From: Congzhengia sp.
Lineage (GTDB): Bacteria; Bacillota; Clostridia; UBA1381; UBA9506
NCBI GenBank assembly: GCA_045591015.1
Contig: JAZNSC010000008.1
Coordinates: 28,546-92,545, forward strand
Direction of reading: 5' to 3'
Length of the DNA stretch: 64,000 nt
Part shown: piece after piece, positions 55,560-64,000 of the stretch
How the letters are laid out: every line of letters starts with the position of its first letter
Numbering within the stretch: position 1 is the stretch's first letter
Position numbers and translations under genes: made by a program
Notes under the pieces: model-generated
Databases searched by the model: none
Seen by the model: only the letters and a program-made list of their open reading frames with translations
What the model was told of the DNA's origin: nothing

Positions 55560-56125
55560 TGCTCTATACCTCCTGAGTGCATATCGTCGAGATAATCTTT
55601 ATACTGCTCGTGCTTTAGTGCGTATATGTAAATGTACGAGCCGATGGCAAGGAAATTTGAAATTGCAGAAATTGCAAGCATTATATCTGTCACGATAACG
55701 CTTGTATGCGCAAACAACATTACCACCATTGTAATAAACAATATCAAAGTATTGACCTTACCAAATATGTTTGACTTGACGAATGTTTTTTTGGAGTAGA
55801 GGAAAATTCCACCCACTATCATAAATATTTCTTTTAACGCAAGGATAATAACAAACCAAAGGGGAAGTATCTTTGCGATCAAAAGTGATATAACCACAGT
55901 CAATTGCATCAGTTTGTCCGCCAGAGGATCTAATAACTGTCCTTGCTTTGTAGACATATTAAATTTTCTTGCAATAAAACCATCTAACACATCAGTAACG
56001 CTGGCAATAATAAAAATCCAGGCTGCCAGGTTTTTGTCACTGCTTGTGGCAAATGCTACTATGTAGACAGGAATAAGACAAAACCTAAACATAGTAAGTA
56101 TGTTTGGTATGTTCATAGGTATCAT
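55556..56125 (-). CDS. pgsA: CDP-diacylglycerol--glycerol-3-phosphate 3-phosphatidyltransferase
   Basis: CDP-alcohol phosphatidyltransferase motif 'DVLDGFIARK......G..LDPLADK'. Confidence 0.88.
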   Translation of the reverse strand: MIPMNIPNILTMFRFCLIPVYIVAFATSSDKNLAAWIFIIASVTDVLDGFIARKFNMSTKQGQLLDPLADKLMQLTVVISLLIAKILPLWFVIILALKEIFMIVGGIFLYSKKTFVKSNIFGKVNTLILFITMVVMLFAHTSVIVTDIMLAISAISNFLAIGSYIYIYALKHEQYKDYLDDMHSGGIEQ

Positions 56126-56136
56126 AAATGAGCCTC

Positions 56137-57327
56137 CTATATAAATTTTCCCTTCACGCTTCCGTCAGAAAGTCTGAGAGAAAAATCTTTGCCTTTTGTT
56201 GCGCATTCGACGGAAGAAATAATATTTCCGTCATTGTCTGTTGCAATGGAATACCCTCTGGACAAAACTTTAAGAGGGCTTAATGCGTCTAATTTTGCCG
56301 TATTTTTAATAAGCTTGTTTTTGTTGTCAGTGATAATTTTATGTGAAAGGCTTTCAGCTGTGGTAATCAAAGTGTCCACATACTGTCTGCGAGAAGAAAG
56401 CATATCGACAAATTTCAAAAAACCATAAGAGCCGGAAAGCTTATCAAGCTTTAACTTTTTTCTTTCAATATTGCTTTTCAAAAGAATGAAAAGCCTTGAT
56501 TTTGCACTGTTTATAAATTCCAAAAGCTCCTGCATTGACGGGCAGACAAGCTCTGCTGCAGCAGACGGAGTAGGAGCTCTTAGGTCTGCTACGAAATCAG
56601 CAATGGTAAAGTCCGTTTCGTGACCTACTGCTGAAACAACAGGAATATGGGAATTAAAAATTGCATTTGCAACAATTTCTTCGTTAAATGCCCACAAATC
56701 CTCGATAGAGCCGCCGCCGCGGCCTACAATCATTACATCGCAGGAGTTGTTTTTGTTCATATAATCTATTGCGTGTGCGATTTCGCCGGAGGCAGAAACA
56801 CCTTGAACACTTACAGGGAATAAAATGATTTCAGCCTTAGGGTAGCGACGCTTCGTGATATTTAAAATATCTTGCAAAGCCGCACCGCCTTGGGCAGTGA
56901 CTACGCCGATTTTTTCAGGAAAGCGGGGAAGAGGCTTCTTCTGACTTTCTTCAAACATACCTTTTTCCCGTAACTTTTCTTTTAACTTTTCGAATGCCGC
57001 ATATAAAGAGCCCTCGCCGTCGGGTTCAATTGATTCCGCGTATATCTGATATATTCCGCCTTGCTCATATACGGAAATTCTGCCACGAACAATTACTTTC
57101 ATGCCGTCCTCGGGACGAAATTTTAAAAATTGCGCCGCAGAACGAAACATCACAAGCTTGATAACGCCGCCCTCATCTTTTAAACTTGCGTAGATGTGAC
57201 CTGATGAGTGAAGCTTAAGATTAGAAAGCTCGCCTGTGACCTTGATGTCTGCAAGGTAAGAATTAGCATCTAATACTCTTTTTATATAATTGTTAAGCTG
57301 AGAAACACTTACAGTCAAAATTTCCAT
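56137..57327 (-). CDS. xseA: exodeoxyribonuclease VII large subunit
   Basis: N-terminal OB fold 'VSQLNNYIKRVLD......I.V.GE.SN.K.H.SGH.Y..LKD', then 'GRGGGSIEDLW.FN'. Confidence 0.9.
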   Translation of the reverse strand: MEILTVSVSQLNNYIKRVLDANSYLADIKVTGELSNLKLHSSGHIYASLKDEGGVIKLVMFRSAAQFLKFRPEDGMKVIVRGRISVYEQGGIYQIYAESIEPDGEGSLYAAFEKLKEKLREKGMFEESQKKPLPRFPEKIGVVTAQGGAALQDILNITKRRYPKAEIILFPVSVQGVSASGEIAHAIDYMNKNNSCDVMIVGRGGGSIEDLWAFNEEIVANAIFNSHIPVVSAVGHETDFTIADFVADLRAPTPSAAAELVCPSMQELLEFINSAKSRLFILLKSNIERKKLKLDKLSGSYGFLKFVDMLSSRRQYVDTLITTAESLSHKIITDNKNKLIKNTAKLDALSPLKVLSRGYSIATDNDGNIISSVECATKGKDFSLRLSDGSVKGKFI

Positions 57328-57328
57328 A

Positions 57329-57733
57329 TTATTGTTCTTTTGATTTGTACACGGAAGAGAGAATACCGTTTACAAATTTTGCACTTTTTTCATCGTTGTA
57401 AATCTTTGCGATTTCAACCGCTTCATTTATGGCGATACTGTCTGCAATGTCATCTTTGTATAAAATCTCACAGATAGCCACACGAAGAACAGCCAATGTA
57501 ACTTTTGCAAGACGAGAAACCTTCCAGCCTTTTGAAAACTTTTCGATTATTTCATCGATTTTTTCTACGTTTTCAATGGCACAATTCACAGTAGAATTGA
57601 TGTATTCTGTCTGTGCGTCTGCATCACCGTTCAACTCATAAAAGAGTGCAAGGGCATCATCAGCTGATAACTTCTGTACTTCATATTCAAATAGGAGTTT
57701 AAAACAATTTTCTCTTGCTTCTTTTCTGGTCAT
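57329..57733 (-). CDS. nusB: transcription antitermination factor NusB
   Basis: AAGGAGA RBS before ATG 57733 ('MTRKEARENCFKLLFEYE'). 'AINEAVEIAK.Y....S.KFVNGIL'. Confidence 0.9.
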   Translation of the reverse strand: MTRKEARENCFKLLFEYEVQKLSADDALALFYELNGDADAQTEYINSTVNCAIENVEKIDEIIEKFSKGWKVSRLAKVTLAVLRVAICEILYKDDIADSIAINEAVEIAKIYNDEKSAKFVNGILSSVYKSKEQ

Positions 57734-57842
57734 AGTGTTCTCCTTATTGGGTTTGATTTCCGCGTGCTTACACATAATTCTGCTAACTTTAATATTATAC
57801 ACCATTTTATAGGAAAAATAAAGAGTTTTTTTGAAAAAATAT

Positions 57843-57876
57843 AAAAAAATAAAGCCACGGTTTTCCGTGGCTTATT
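57843..57876 (-). terminator. rho-independent terminator after the NlpC/P60 gene
   Basis: Stem AAGCCACGG/CCGTGGCTT with loop TTTT, flanked by an A-run and a T-run. Confidence 0.85.
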
Positions 57877-57877
57877 T

Positions 57878-58591
57878 TTATTGAACAATTCTTCTTGCTG
57901 CATAGTAACAGTTATTAAAATAACCTGAAACAATGCTTGCGTATTTAATAACATCGCCCGTTCTGGGAGAATGTATCATCATACCGTTACCAACGTAGAT
58001 GCCTACGTGGCTGATACGGCTTGCGCCGGGCTGCTTAAAGAGAAGCAAATCTCCGGGCATAAGTTCAGATTTGCTAACGGGAACACCGTTGTTAATCTGC
58101 TGATATGATGAACGATATAGGCTATAGCCTAACTGTTTGTATACATACGATGTAAATCCTGAGCAGTCAAAACCGGCAGGTGTAGAACCACCGTAAATGT
58201 AGGGAAGACCCAAATACTGCTCTGCGATTTTTACCACACGCTGTCCTGCTGATAATGTAGACATATCGCCGTAGTCGACGCTGATGTTTGTTCTGGGTGC
58301 GGGAACTGTAGTGCTGATGTAATCGCCTGAGATGTAAGCGTAACCAACATCTGATAAAGGATAGGTAATCTTGTACCAACCATTTTCCTGACCAAGTAAA
58401 ACTACGGCAGCACCGTAATCAACCTGACCGTAAGAAGGATACGCAGTTGATGGACCTGAGCGAACATTTACGCTTGAGCCCGTAGAATAACCTGTGCAAG
58501 GATATGTAACGGCAAAAGTAGAAGCCGCAGTGCTCATAAGCAATAAAATTGCAAGTGTAGCCGCACAGATTACCTTTGTAATCTTTCTCAT
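57878..58591 (-). CDS. secreted SH3-domain + NlpC/P60 peptidoglycan endopeptidase
   Basis: GGAGG RBS before ATG 58591, then a signal peptide. SH3b 'VNVRSGPSTAY...GWYKI'. Catalytic 'FDCSGFTSYVY' and 'ISHVGIYVG'. Confidence 0.88.
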   Translation of the reverse strand: MRKITKVICAATLAILLLMSTAASTFAVTYPCTGYSTGSSVNVRSGPSTAYPSYGQVDYGAAVVLLGQENGWYKITYPLSDVGYAYISGDYISTTVPAPRTNISVDYGDMSTLSAGQRVVKIAEQYLGLPYIYGGSTPAGFDCSGFTSYVYKQLGYSLYRSSYQQINNGVPVSKSELMPGDLLLFKQPGASRISHVGIYVGNGMMIHSPRTGDVIKYASIVSGYFNNCYYAARRIVQ

Positions 58592-58755
58592 TATAAACCT
58601 CCGAATTACGGTAAAAGATGCAAAAAGCACAACTTTCACCTTTATTCCACGTTAGCCATTATACACACAAAAATATAATTTGTCAATAGTTTTTAAAACT
58701 TTTTTAACAATTTTGTAGCATTTGTAACATAATTGAAATAATAGACCTAAAAAGC

Positions 58756-58784
58756 TTGAATATTTAAATATGTTGTGGTAGAAT
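58756..58784 (+). promoter_or_regulatory. candidate sigma-A promoter for rhaB
   Basis: TTGAAT 58756..58761, 17-nt spacer, TAGAAT 58779..58784. Confidence 0.5.
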
Positions 58785-58822
58785 GAAATAGTAAGTAAAA
58801 AAATAACAAAGGAGTTGTAAAT

Positions 58823-60307
58823 ATGGCAGAAATAACAAAGGTTTTGGCGTTTGACTTTGGTGCTTCAAGCGGCAGAGCTATGCTTTTTACATTCGACGGC
58901 GAGAAACTCTCAATTGAAGAAATGCACAGATTTTCAAACGACCCCGTAATGATAGGTAAACACTTTCACTGGGACGTTTTAAGACTTTTCTTTGAAATCA
59001 AGCAAGGTATAAACAAGACAGTTTTAGCAGGTCACAAGGACATTCAGGCTATCGGTATTGATACCTGGGGTGTTGACTTTGGCCTCTTTGATAAAAACGG
59101 AAAACTCCTCGGCAACCCCTACCACTACCGTGACACAAGAACAGACGGTATGATAGAGTATGCAGATGATAAAATCGGCAAAAAATACATCTTCGAAAGA
59201 ACAGGTATTCAGTTTAACTTCTTTAATACATTGTTCCAGTTTATGTCAATGGTAAAGGACAACGACCCCTTACTTTCAATTGCTGACAAGATGCTCTTTA
59301 TGCCTGATATCTTCAACTACCTTTTAACAGGCGTTATGAAGAACGAGTATTCTATTGCATCAACATCACAACTTTTGGAAGTTCATTCAAAAACCTGGGA
59401 CAAAGAACTCATGAAAAAAGCAGGCATTCCCGAAAACATCTTCGGCGAAATCGTTATGCCCGGTGAAGTAGTAGGCATGTTATCAGACGATATTTGTGAA
59501 GAATTAGGCTGTCCCAAAATCCCCGTTATCGCAGTAGGTTCACACGATACAGCGTCAGCAGTAGCAAGTGTTCCCGTAACAGAAGATTACAAATACGCAT
59601 ATATCTCAACAGGTACATGGGCGCTGATGGGCTCAGAGCTCGACGCACCTAATGTAAACGATACAACATACGCATACGACTTCACAAACGAGGGTGGCGT
59701 ATGCGGAAAAATCCGTTTCTTAAAGAATATTATGGGACTCTGGATTATTCAGGAAAGCAGACGTCAGTGGAAGAGAGAGGGCAAAGAATTCTCCTTTGAC
59801 GATTTAGAGCAGGCAGCATGGGCAGCAGAGCCGTTTAAGTGCTTTATTGACCCTGATTATGTTGATTTTGCTACACCCGGCAATATGCCCAAGAAGATTC
59901 GCGATTTCTGTGAACGTACAGGACAGTATGTGCCCAAGACTGAGGGCGAAATCATCAGATGTGCGGCACAGAGTTTGGCAATGAAATTCCGTATGGTTAC
60001 AGAAGCCATGGAAGATATTACGGGCGAGCCTTTAGTTGCAGTTCATATGGTAGGCGGCGGTATCAAAGATACAATGGTTTGCCGCTTCACAGCTTCAGCT
60101 ACAGGCAAAAAAGTTATCGCAGGACCTGTAGAAGCTACAAGCACAGGTAATGCTGCAGTTCAGCTTATGGCATTAGGTAAGGTTCGTGATTTAACAGAAG
60201 CAAGACAAATAGTTAAGAATTCTTTCCCTGTTAAGACTTATGAACCCGAAGATGCAGATGCTTGGAACAAAGCATACGAAGATTTCAAAAAAATCGCAAA
60301 AATGTAA
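58823..60307 (+). CDS. rhaB: FGGY-family sugar kinase, rhamnulokinase-like
   Basis: 'LAFDFGASSGRAML', 'HRF.N.PV......HWD', 'IGIDTWGVDFGL', 'YHYRD.RT', 'VGGG'. Confidence 0.8.
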   Translation: MAEITKVLAFDFGASSGRAMLFTFDGEKLSIEEMHRFSNDPVMIGKHFHWDVLRLFFEIKQGINKTVLAGHKDIQAIGIDTWGVDFGLFDKNGKLLGNPYHYRDTRTDGMIEYADDKIGKKYIFERTGIQFNFFNTLFQFMSMVKDNDPLLSIADKMLFMPDIFNYLLTGVMKNEYSIASTSQLLEVHSKTWDKELMKKAGIPENIFGEIVMPGEVVGMLSDDICEELGCPKIPVIAVGSHDTASAVASVPVTEDYKYAYISTGTWALMGSELDAPNVNDTTYAYDFTNEGGVCGKIRFLKNIMGLWIIQESRRQWKREGKEFSFDDLEQAAWAAEPFKCFIDPDYVDFATPGNMPKKIRDFCERTGQYVPKTEGEIIRCAAQSLAMKFRMVTEAMEDITGEPLVAVHMVGGGIKDTMVCRFTASATGKKVIAGPVEATSTGNAAVQLMALGKVRDLTEARQIVKNSFPVKTYEPEDADAWNKAYEDFKKIAKM

Positions 60308-60326
60308 TTAAAGAATTTTAACGATA

Positions 60327-60362
60327 CGGTCTGTATAAAATAAATACAGACTGTATTGTTTT
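60327..60362 (+). terminator. rho-independent terminator after rhaB
   Basis: Stem CGGTCTGTAT/ATACAGACTG followed by a T-rich tail. Confidence 0.65.
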
Positions 60363-60380
60363 AAGTAGGAGAGTTCTCTT

Positions 60381-61730
60381 ATGAACGTGACAGAATTCAA
60401 AGAATATATAAATGGCAAAAAAGTAAGCGTTATAGGTATCGGAATAAGCAACCGCCCGTTGATTAAGTATCTTGTGTCTTTGGGTGCAATTGTATCTGCC
60501 TATGACAAAAAGACAGAAAGTCAACTGGGAGATATCGCAAAAGAACTCAAAGATATGGGCGTTACACTGGTTTTGGGAGAGAGTTACTTAGATAATTTAT
60601 CAGGAGAAATAATCTTCAAAACCCCCGGTATGAGATATGACCATCCCTCAATAGAAAAATGCAGACAGCAGGGAAGTGTTATCACATCCGAAATGGAAGT
60701 CTTTTTTGATATATGCCCTGCAAAAATCATTGCAGTAACAGGCAGCGACGGAAAGACCACCACCACGACCCTTATTCATACAATGCTCACCGATGCAGGC
60801 TACACAGCACACCTGGGTGGAAACATTGGCACACCGCTAATGACAAAAGCCGAAGAAATGAAGGCTACAGACTATGCAGTTTTAGAGCTTTCAAGTTTTC
60901 AGCTCCACACTATGAAAAAAAGCCCTAAAATTGCAGTAATTACAAATATCACGCCAAATCACCTTGACTGGCACAAAGATTACGCAGAATATATAGAAGC
61001 AAAGAAAAACATAATGCTCTATCAGGGGAAAGACGATATATTAGTTACAAATGCGGAAAACGAAGTTACACGCCAAATCGGAAAAGAAGCCAAAGGAAAA
61101 AATATTAGCTTTTCTTCCAAAAGTGAGGCAGACGTTTATATAAAAGACGGTGTTATTTTTGTTGGAAATGATGCAGTACTTGATATTTCCGATATCAAAA
61201 TCCCCGGACACCATAATATAGAAAATTATATGACCGCCATAGCGGCAGTATATGGTTTGGTAAATAAGGAAACAATACAGAATGTAGCAAAAACCTTTGG
61301 TGGTGTTCCACACAGAATAGAACTTGTGAGAACATTGGACGGCGTAAGATACTACAACAGTTCTATCGACTCATCGCCAAATCGTACTATAAATACATTG
61401 AACGTATTTTCTGAGCCTGTAGTTTTGATAGCAGGCGGCAAGGACAAGGGTATCCCCTATGACGAAATAGGCGAGCCCATTGCAAATCACGTAAAGACTC
61501 TAATTTTAATCGGTGCAACCTCAAAGGTAATAGATGAAGCAGTAAAAAAGACAGGAAAATCAGTTCCTACAATATTTGCAAAAACTTACGAAGAAGCAGT
61601 AAAACTTGCAAAAGAAAATGCAATATCAGGCGACGTGGTATTACTTTCATCTGCAAGCACAAGCTTCGATATGTTCAATAATTTCGAAGAAAGAGGAAAT
61701 CTTTTTAAAGAATTGGTAAATAAATTATGA
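60381..61730 (+). CDS. murD: UDP-N-acetylmuramoyl-L-alanine--D-glutamate ligase
   Basis: Rossmann N-terminus 'VSVIGIGISNRPL', P-loop 'VTGSDGKTTTT', 'ITNITPNHLDWH', 'FGGVPHRIE'. Confidence 0.92.
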   Translation: MNVTEFKEYINGKKVSVIGIGISNRPLIKYLVSLGAIVSAYDKKTESQLGDIAKELKDMGVTLVLGESYLDNLSGEIIFKTPGMRYDHPSIEKCRQQGSVITSEMEVFFDICPAKIIAVTGSDGKTTTTTLIHTMLTDAGYTAHLGGNIGTPLMTKAEEMKATDYAVLELSSFQLHTMKKSPKIAVITNITPNHLDWHKDYAEYIEAKKNIMLYQGKDDILVTNAENEVTRQIGKEAKGKNISFSSKSEADVYIKDGVIFVGNDAVLDISDIKIPGHHNIENYMTAIAAVYGLVNKETIQNVAKTFGGVPHRIELVRTLDGVRYYNSSIDSSPNRTINTLNVFSEPVVLIAGGKDKGIPYDEIGEPIANHVKTLILIGATSKVIDEAVKKTGKSVPTIFAKTYEEAVKLAKENAISGDVVLLSSASTSFDMFNNFEERGNLFKELVNKL

Positions 61731-62776
61731 TAAAAGAACTCATAAACCTTTCTGACAAAGGCGGTATATCAGGTTATGAATACACTGTTACACCGGAAAT
61801 AGAAAAACTTTTAGCAAAATACTGCGACGAAGTAAAAACCGACATCTCAGGAAATGTAATCGGCTATATCAAATCAGAAAAAACTGACGCTCCTACCGTT
61901 ATGATAGAGGCACACACAGACGGAATCGGCCTTATGGTAAAGGACATAACTGATGACGGTTTTATCACTTTTGTTGCTATCGGCGGAGTAGACCCGAGGA
62001 TTTTACCCTCTTGCGAGGTAATCGTCTGCGGAAAAAGTGAACTCTATGGTGTAATAGGTGCAAAAGCGCCACACCTGATGACAGATGATGATAAAGACAA
62101 AGCACCCGGCATTGAAGATATGACAATAGATGTAGGACTTGATGCTAAAAAGGTAAAGAAACTCGTAACGCCCGGCGATATGATTTATTTTAAGACCAAT
62201 GCTGTAAAACTTTTAGACAAAAAACTCTCGGGAAAATACCTTGACGACAGAGCAGGAGTTATTGCACTAATTATGGCGCTAAAAGCCTTAAAAGGCAAAA
62301 AACTCCCCTTTAATCTGGCTGTTCTTTGCGCCGTCCAGGAGGAAGTTGGACTTCGCGGAGCATTAGTCGGAGCAAACGGAATCAATCCTCTTTGTGCGAT
62401 AGTTGTTGATGTTTGCCATGGCACTACACCCGATAGCGGTTCTGCTACAACCTTTAAATTAGGCTCGGGCACAGTTATAACCTGCGGACCCAATATTAAC
62501 AGAAAACTGTTTAATATTGCAAAAAGTACAGCAGAGGAAGAAAAGATAAAATACTCAATTGAAGCCGAGGGAGGCCACACAGGAACAGATGCATGGGTGG
62601 TGCAAACTGCAGGTTGCGGCGTTGCCACACTTTTGCTTTCTATACCGCTTCGCTATATGCACACAACTGTGGAAACACTTTCCATAAAAGACGTTGAAGC
62701 CACAGCAAAGCTAATCGAAAAAACACTTTTAAAAATAAATGCGGAGGAGTTTTCATTATGTACCTTAAAGAGTTGA
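61727..62776 (+). CDS. M42-family glutamyl aminopeptidase/endoglucanase-like peptidase, paralog 1
   Basis: ATGA overlap with murD. 'HTDGIGLMVK.I.DDGF', 'LDDRAG', 'VQEEVGLRGA'. Confidence 0.85.
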   Translation: MIKELINLSDKGGISGYEYTVTPEIEKLLAKYCDEVKTDISGNVIGYIKSEKTDAPTVMIEAHTDGIGLMVKDITDDGFITFVAIGGVDPRILPSCEVIVCGKSELYGVIGAKAPHLMTDDDKDKAPGIEDMTIDVGLDAKKVKKLVTPGDMIYFKTNAVKLLDKKLSGKYLDDRAGVIALIMALKALKGKKLPFNLAVLCAVQEEVGLRGALVGANGINPLCAIVVDVCHGTTPDSGSATTFKLGSGTVITCGPNINRKLFNIAKSTAEEEKIKYSIEAEGGHTGTDAWVVQTAGCGVATLLLSIPLRYMHTTVETLSIKDVEATAKLIEKTLLKINAEEFSLCTLKS

Positions 62777-63768
62777 CCGCGCTCTGCGGTTGCGCGGGCA
62801 ATGAAGACGCTGTCCGCGACTTTATATTAGAAAAAATCAAAGACAAATGTGACGAAATTTATCAGGATTCAATAGGTAACCTAATAGCCGTAAATCGCGG
62901 AATGAGCAAAAATCCCAAGAAAGTTATGGTCTGCGCTCATATGGACGAGGTTGGGTTGATAATTACCAAAATCACTGACGAGGGATTTCTAAAGTTTGAT
63001 ACCTTAGGCGGTATTGACACATCTGTTTTGGTTTCAAAGAAAGTTTTGGTAAATGGCAAAATCCACGGCGTTATCGGTGCTAAGGCTATTCACTTGCAGA
63101 AAAAGAGCGAGCGCGCCAAAAAGATGGAAATAGAGGATTTATACATTGACATTGGTGCAAAAGACAAAAAAGATGCAGAAAAGTATGTAGCTATCGGCGA
63201 CTGCGCAATGTTTGACAGCGAATATGTAGAATTCGGCGACGGCTTTATCAAGGCCAAGGCTTTAGACGACAGAGTAGGCTGCAGTGCGATGCTTGAGCTT
63301 TGTGACAAAAGATACGACTTCGATTTGTATTTGGTTTTTACAGTTCAGGAGGAAACAGGTCTTCGCGGTGCACAGATTGCGGTGAAGCGAATTTGCCCTG
63401 ATTTCGCAATTGTTCTGGAAACTACCGCCTGCAATGATTCCTGCGGCGGAACAGACGGAGAGAAATCTACTATATCAGGTAACGGCGTGGCGCTGAGCTT
63501 TGCCGATATGCGCACCTATTACAATAAAGAGATTATAGCCGATGTGGTTTCGGTTGCCGAAAAGTACAACATACCCTATCAGTTCAAAAAGACAGTTTCA
63601 GGGGGAAATGATGCAGGAGTAATACACACCGCTTGCGGAGGAGTAAAGACTATTACCATGTCTGTTCCCACCCGATACATTCATTCGCCATCGTCTGTAA
63701 TTGCAAAGTCGGATTTTGAAGCAATGAAAACGCTAGCGCAAAAATATTTAGAGGAGGTAAAACTCTGA
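62758..63768 (+). CDS. M42-family peptidase, paralog 2
   Basis: 'HMDEVGLIITKITDEGFL', 'LDDRVGC', 'VQEETGLRGA'. Confidence 0.85.
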   Translation: MYLKELTALCGCAGNEDAVRDFILEKIKDKCDEIYQDSIGNLIAVNRGMSKNPKKVMVCAHMDEVGLIITKITDEGFLKFDTLGGIDTSVLVSKKVLVNGKIHGVIGAKAIHLQKKSERAKKMEIEDLYIDIGAKDKKDAEKYVAIGDCAMFDSEYVEFGDGFIKAKALDDRVGCSAMLELCDKRYDFDLYLVFTVQEETGLRGAQIAVKRICPDFAIVLETTACNDSCGGTDGEKSTISGNGVALSFADMRTYYNKEIIADVVSVAEKYNIPYQFKKTVSGGNDAGVIHTACGGVKTITMSVPTRYIHSPSSVIAKSDFEAMKTLAQKYLEEVKL

Positions 63769-64000
63769 TGGAATTACTAAAAAACCTCACACAGATAACG
63801 GGCCCCTCAGGCAATGAGGAAAAAGTGAGGGCATTTATAGAACAAGAAATAAAAAGCTACGTTGACGAAATCTATCGCGATAATTTAGGAAATTTAATTG
63901 CCCACAAAAAAGGTGACGGCAAAAAGGTTATCTTCGATGCTCATATGGACGAAATAGGCGTTATCTCAACCTTCGTTGAGGACAACGGCTATATCAGATT
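63768..64000 (+). CDS. M42-family peptidase, paralog 3 (3' end outside window)
   Basis: The ATG overlaps the previous TGA (TGATG). 'ITGPSGNEEKVRAFI...HMDEIGVISTFVEDNGYI'. The frame is open to the window end. Confidence 0.8.
   Translation, partial: MELLKNLTQITGPSGNEEKVRAFIEQEIKSYVDEIYRDNLGNLIAHKKGDGKKVIFDAHMDEIGVISTFVEDNGYIR

Noticed and set aside
62185-62628. 147-aa antisense ORF within M42 paralog 1
   Set aside because: It is a shadow frame of a GC-richer coding segment, with no RBS or motifs.
1-64000. Prophage, integrative element, transposon, toxin-antitoxin pair or tRNA/rRNA genes
   Set aside because: I found no integrase, transposase, recombinase, capsid or terminase-like translations. 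I also found no small adjacent TA-like pairs and no tRNA-like cloverleaf candidates in the intergenic regions I read. Only a formal tRNAscan, ISfinder or DefenseFinder run could exclude them fully.

Overview
This is a chromosomal segment from a low-GC, spore-forming, S-layer-bearing Clostridia-type Firmicute. That placement is inferred from SpoVB-like, AddA, DegV, DUF1292, DUF1836 and HydE genes, several SLH proteins and AAGGAGG-type RBSs. About 50 protein genes are tightly packed; I saw no rRNA, tRNA, CRISPR array, transposase or integrase.

Most of the window is housekeeping:
- OmpR/HK two-component pair and an SbcD/SbcC-like YhaO/YhaN pair
- tyrS, metY-metA, htrA, trkA-trkH, dprA-topA, hydE, addA, mscS
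- aroG-type DAHP synthase, valS, pgsA, xseA, nusB, rhaB, murD
- three tandem M42 peptidases

Two regions look accessory and unusual.

1. 11988..17753 is a six-gene operon. It combines a PqqD-type RiPP recognition element, a McjD-like ABC exporter, an HprK-like kinase and a 63-aa peptide. The peptide has a lasso-type YxxPx(L/I) leader motif and a C-terminal Ser. No lasso cyclase or B2 protease is present, and two secreted/SLH proteins are interleaved. This is my best candidate for an undescribed RiPP-like (phospho)peptide system.

2. 38501..38905 is a 400-bp intergenic region upstream of a 1.3-kaa multi-CBM esterase.
- It holds a mirrored array of an 8-nt motif (ATGAATTG / CAATTCAT).
- The motif copies alternate with sequence-diverse short hairpins.
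- The array is bracketed by a 25-nt direct repeat.
- Downstream follow three helically phased AATTGC boxes and an (AT)9 tract inside the promoter spacer.

Other noteworthy items:
- an HTH-cupin-acyl-CoA-synthetase fusion
- a structured 205-nt leader before trkAH
- a tandem Gfo/Idh/MocA duplication whose second copy has its own promoter and operator
- orphan Wzz and AddA genes

All calls come from reading the ORF translations and the DNA by eye. No database search was possible.
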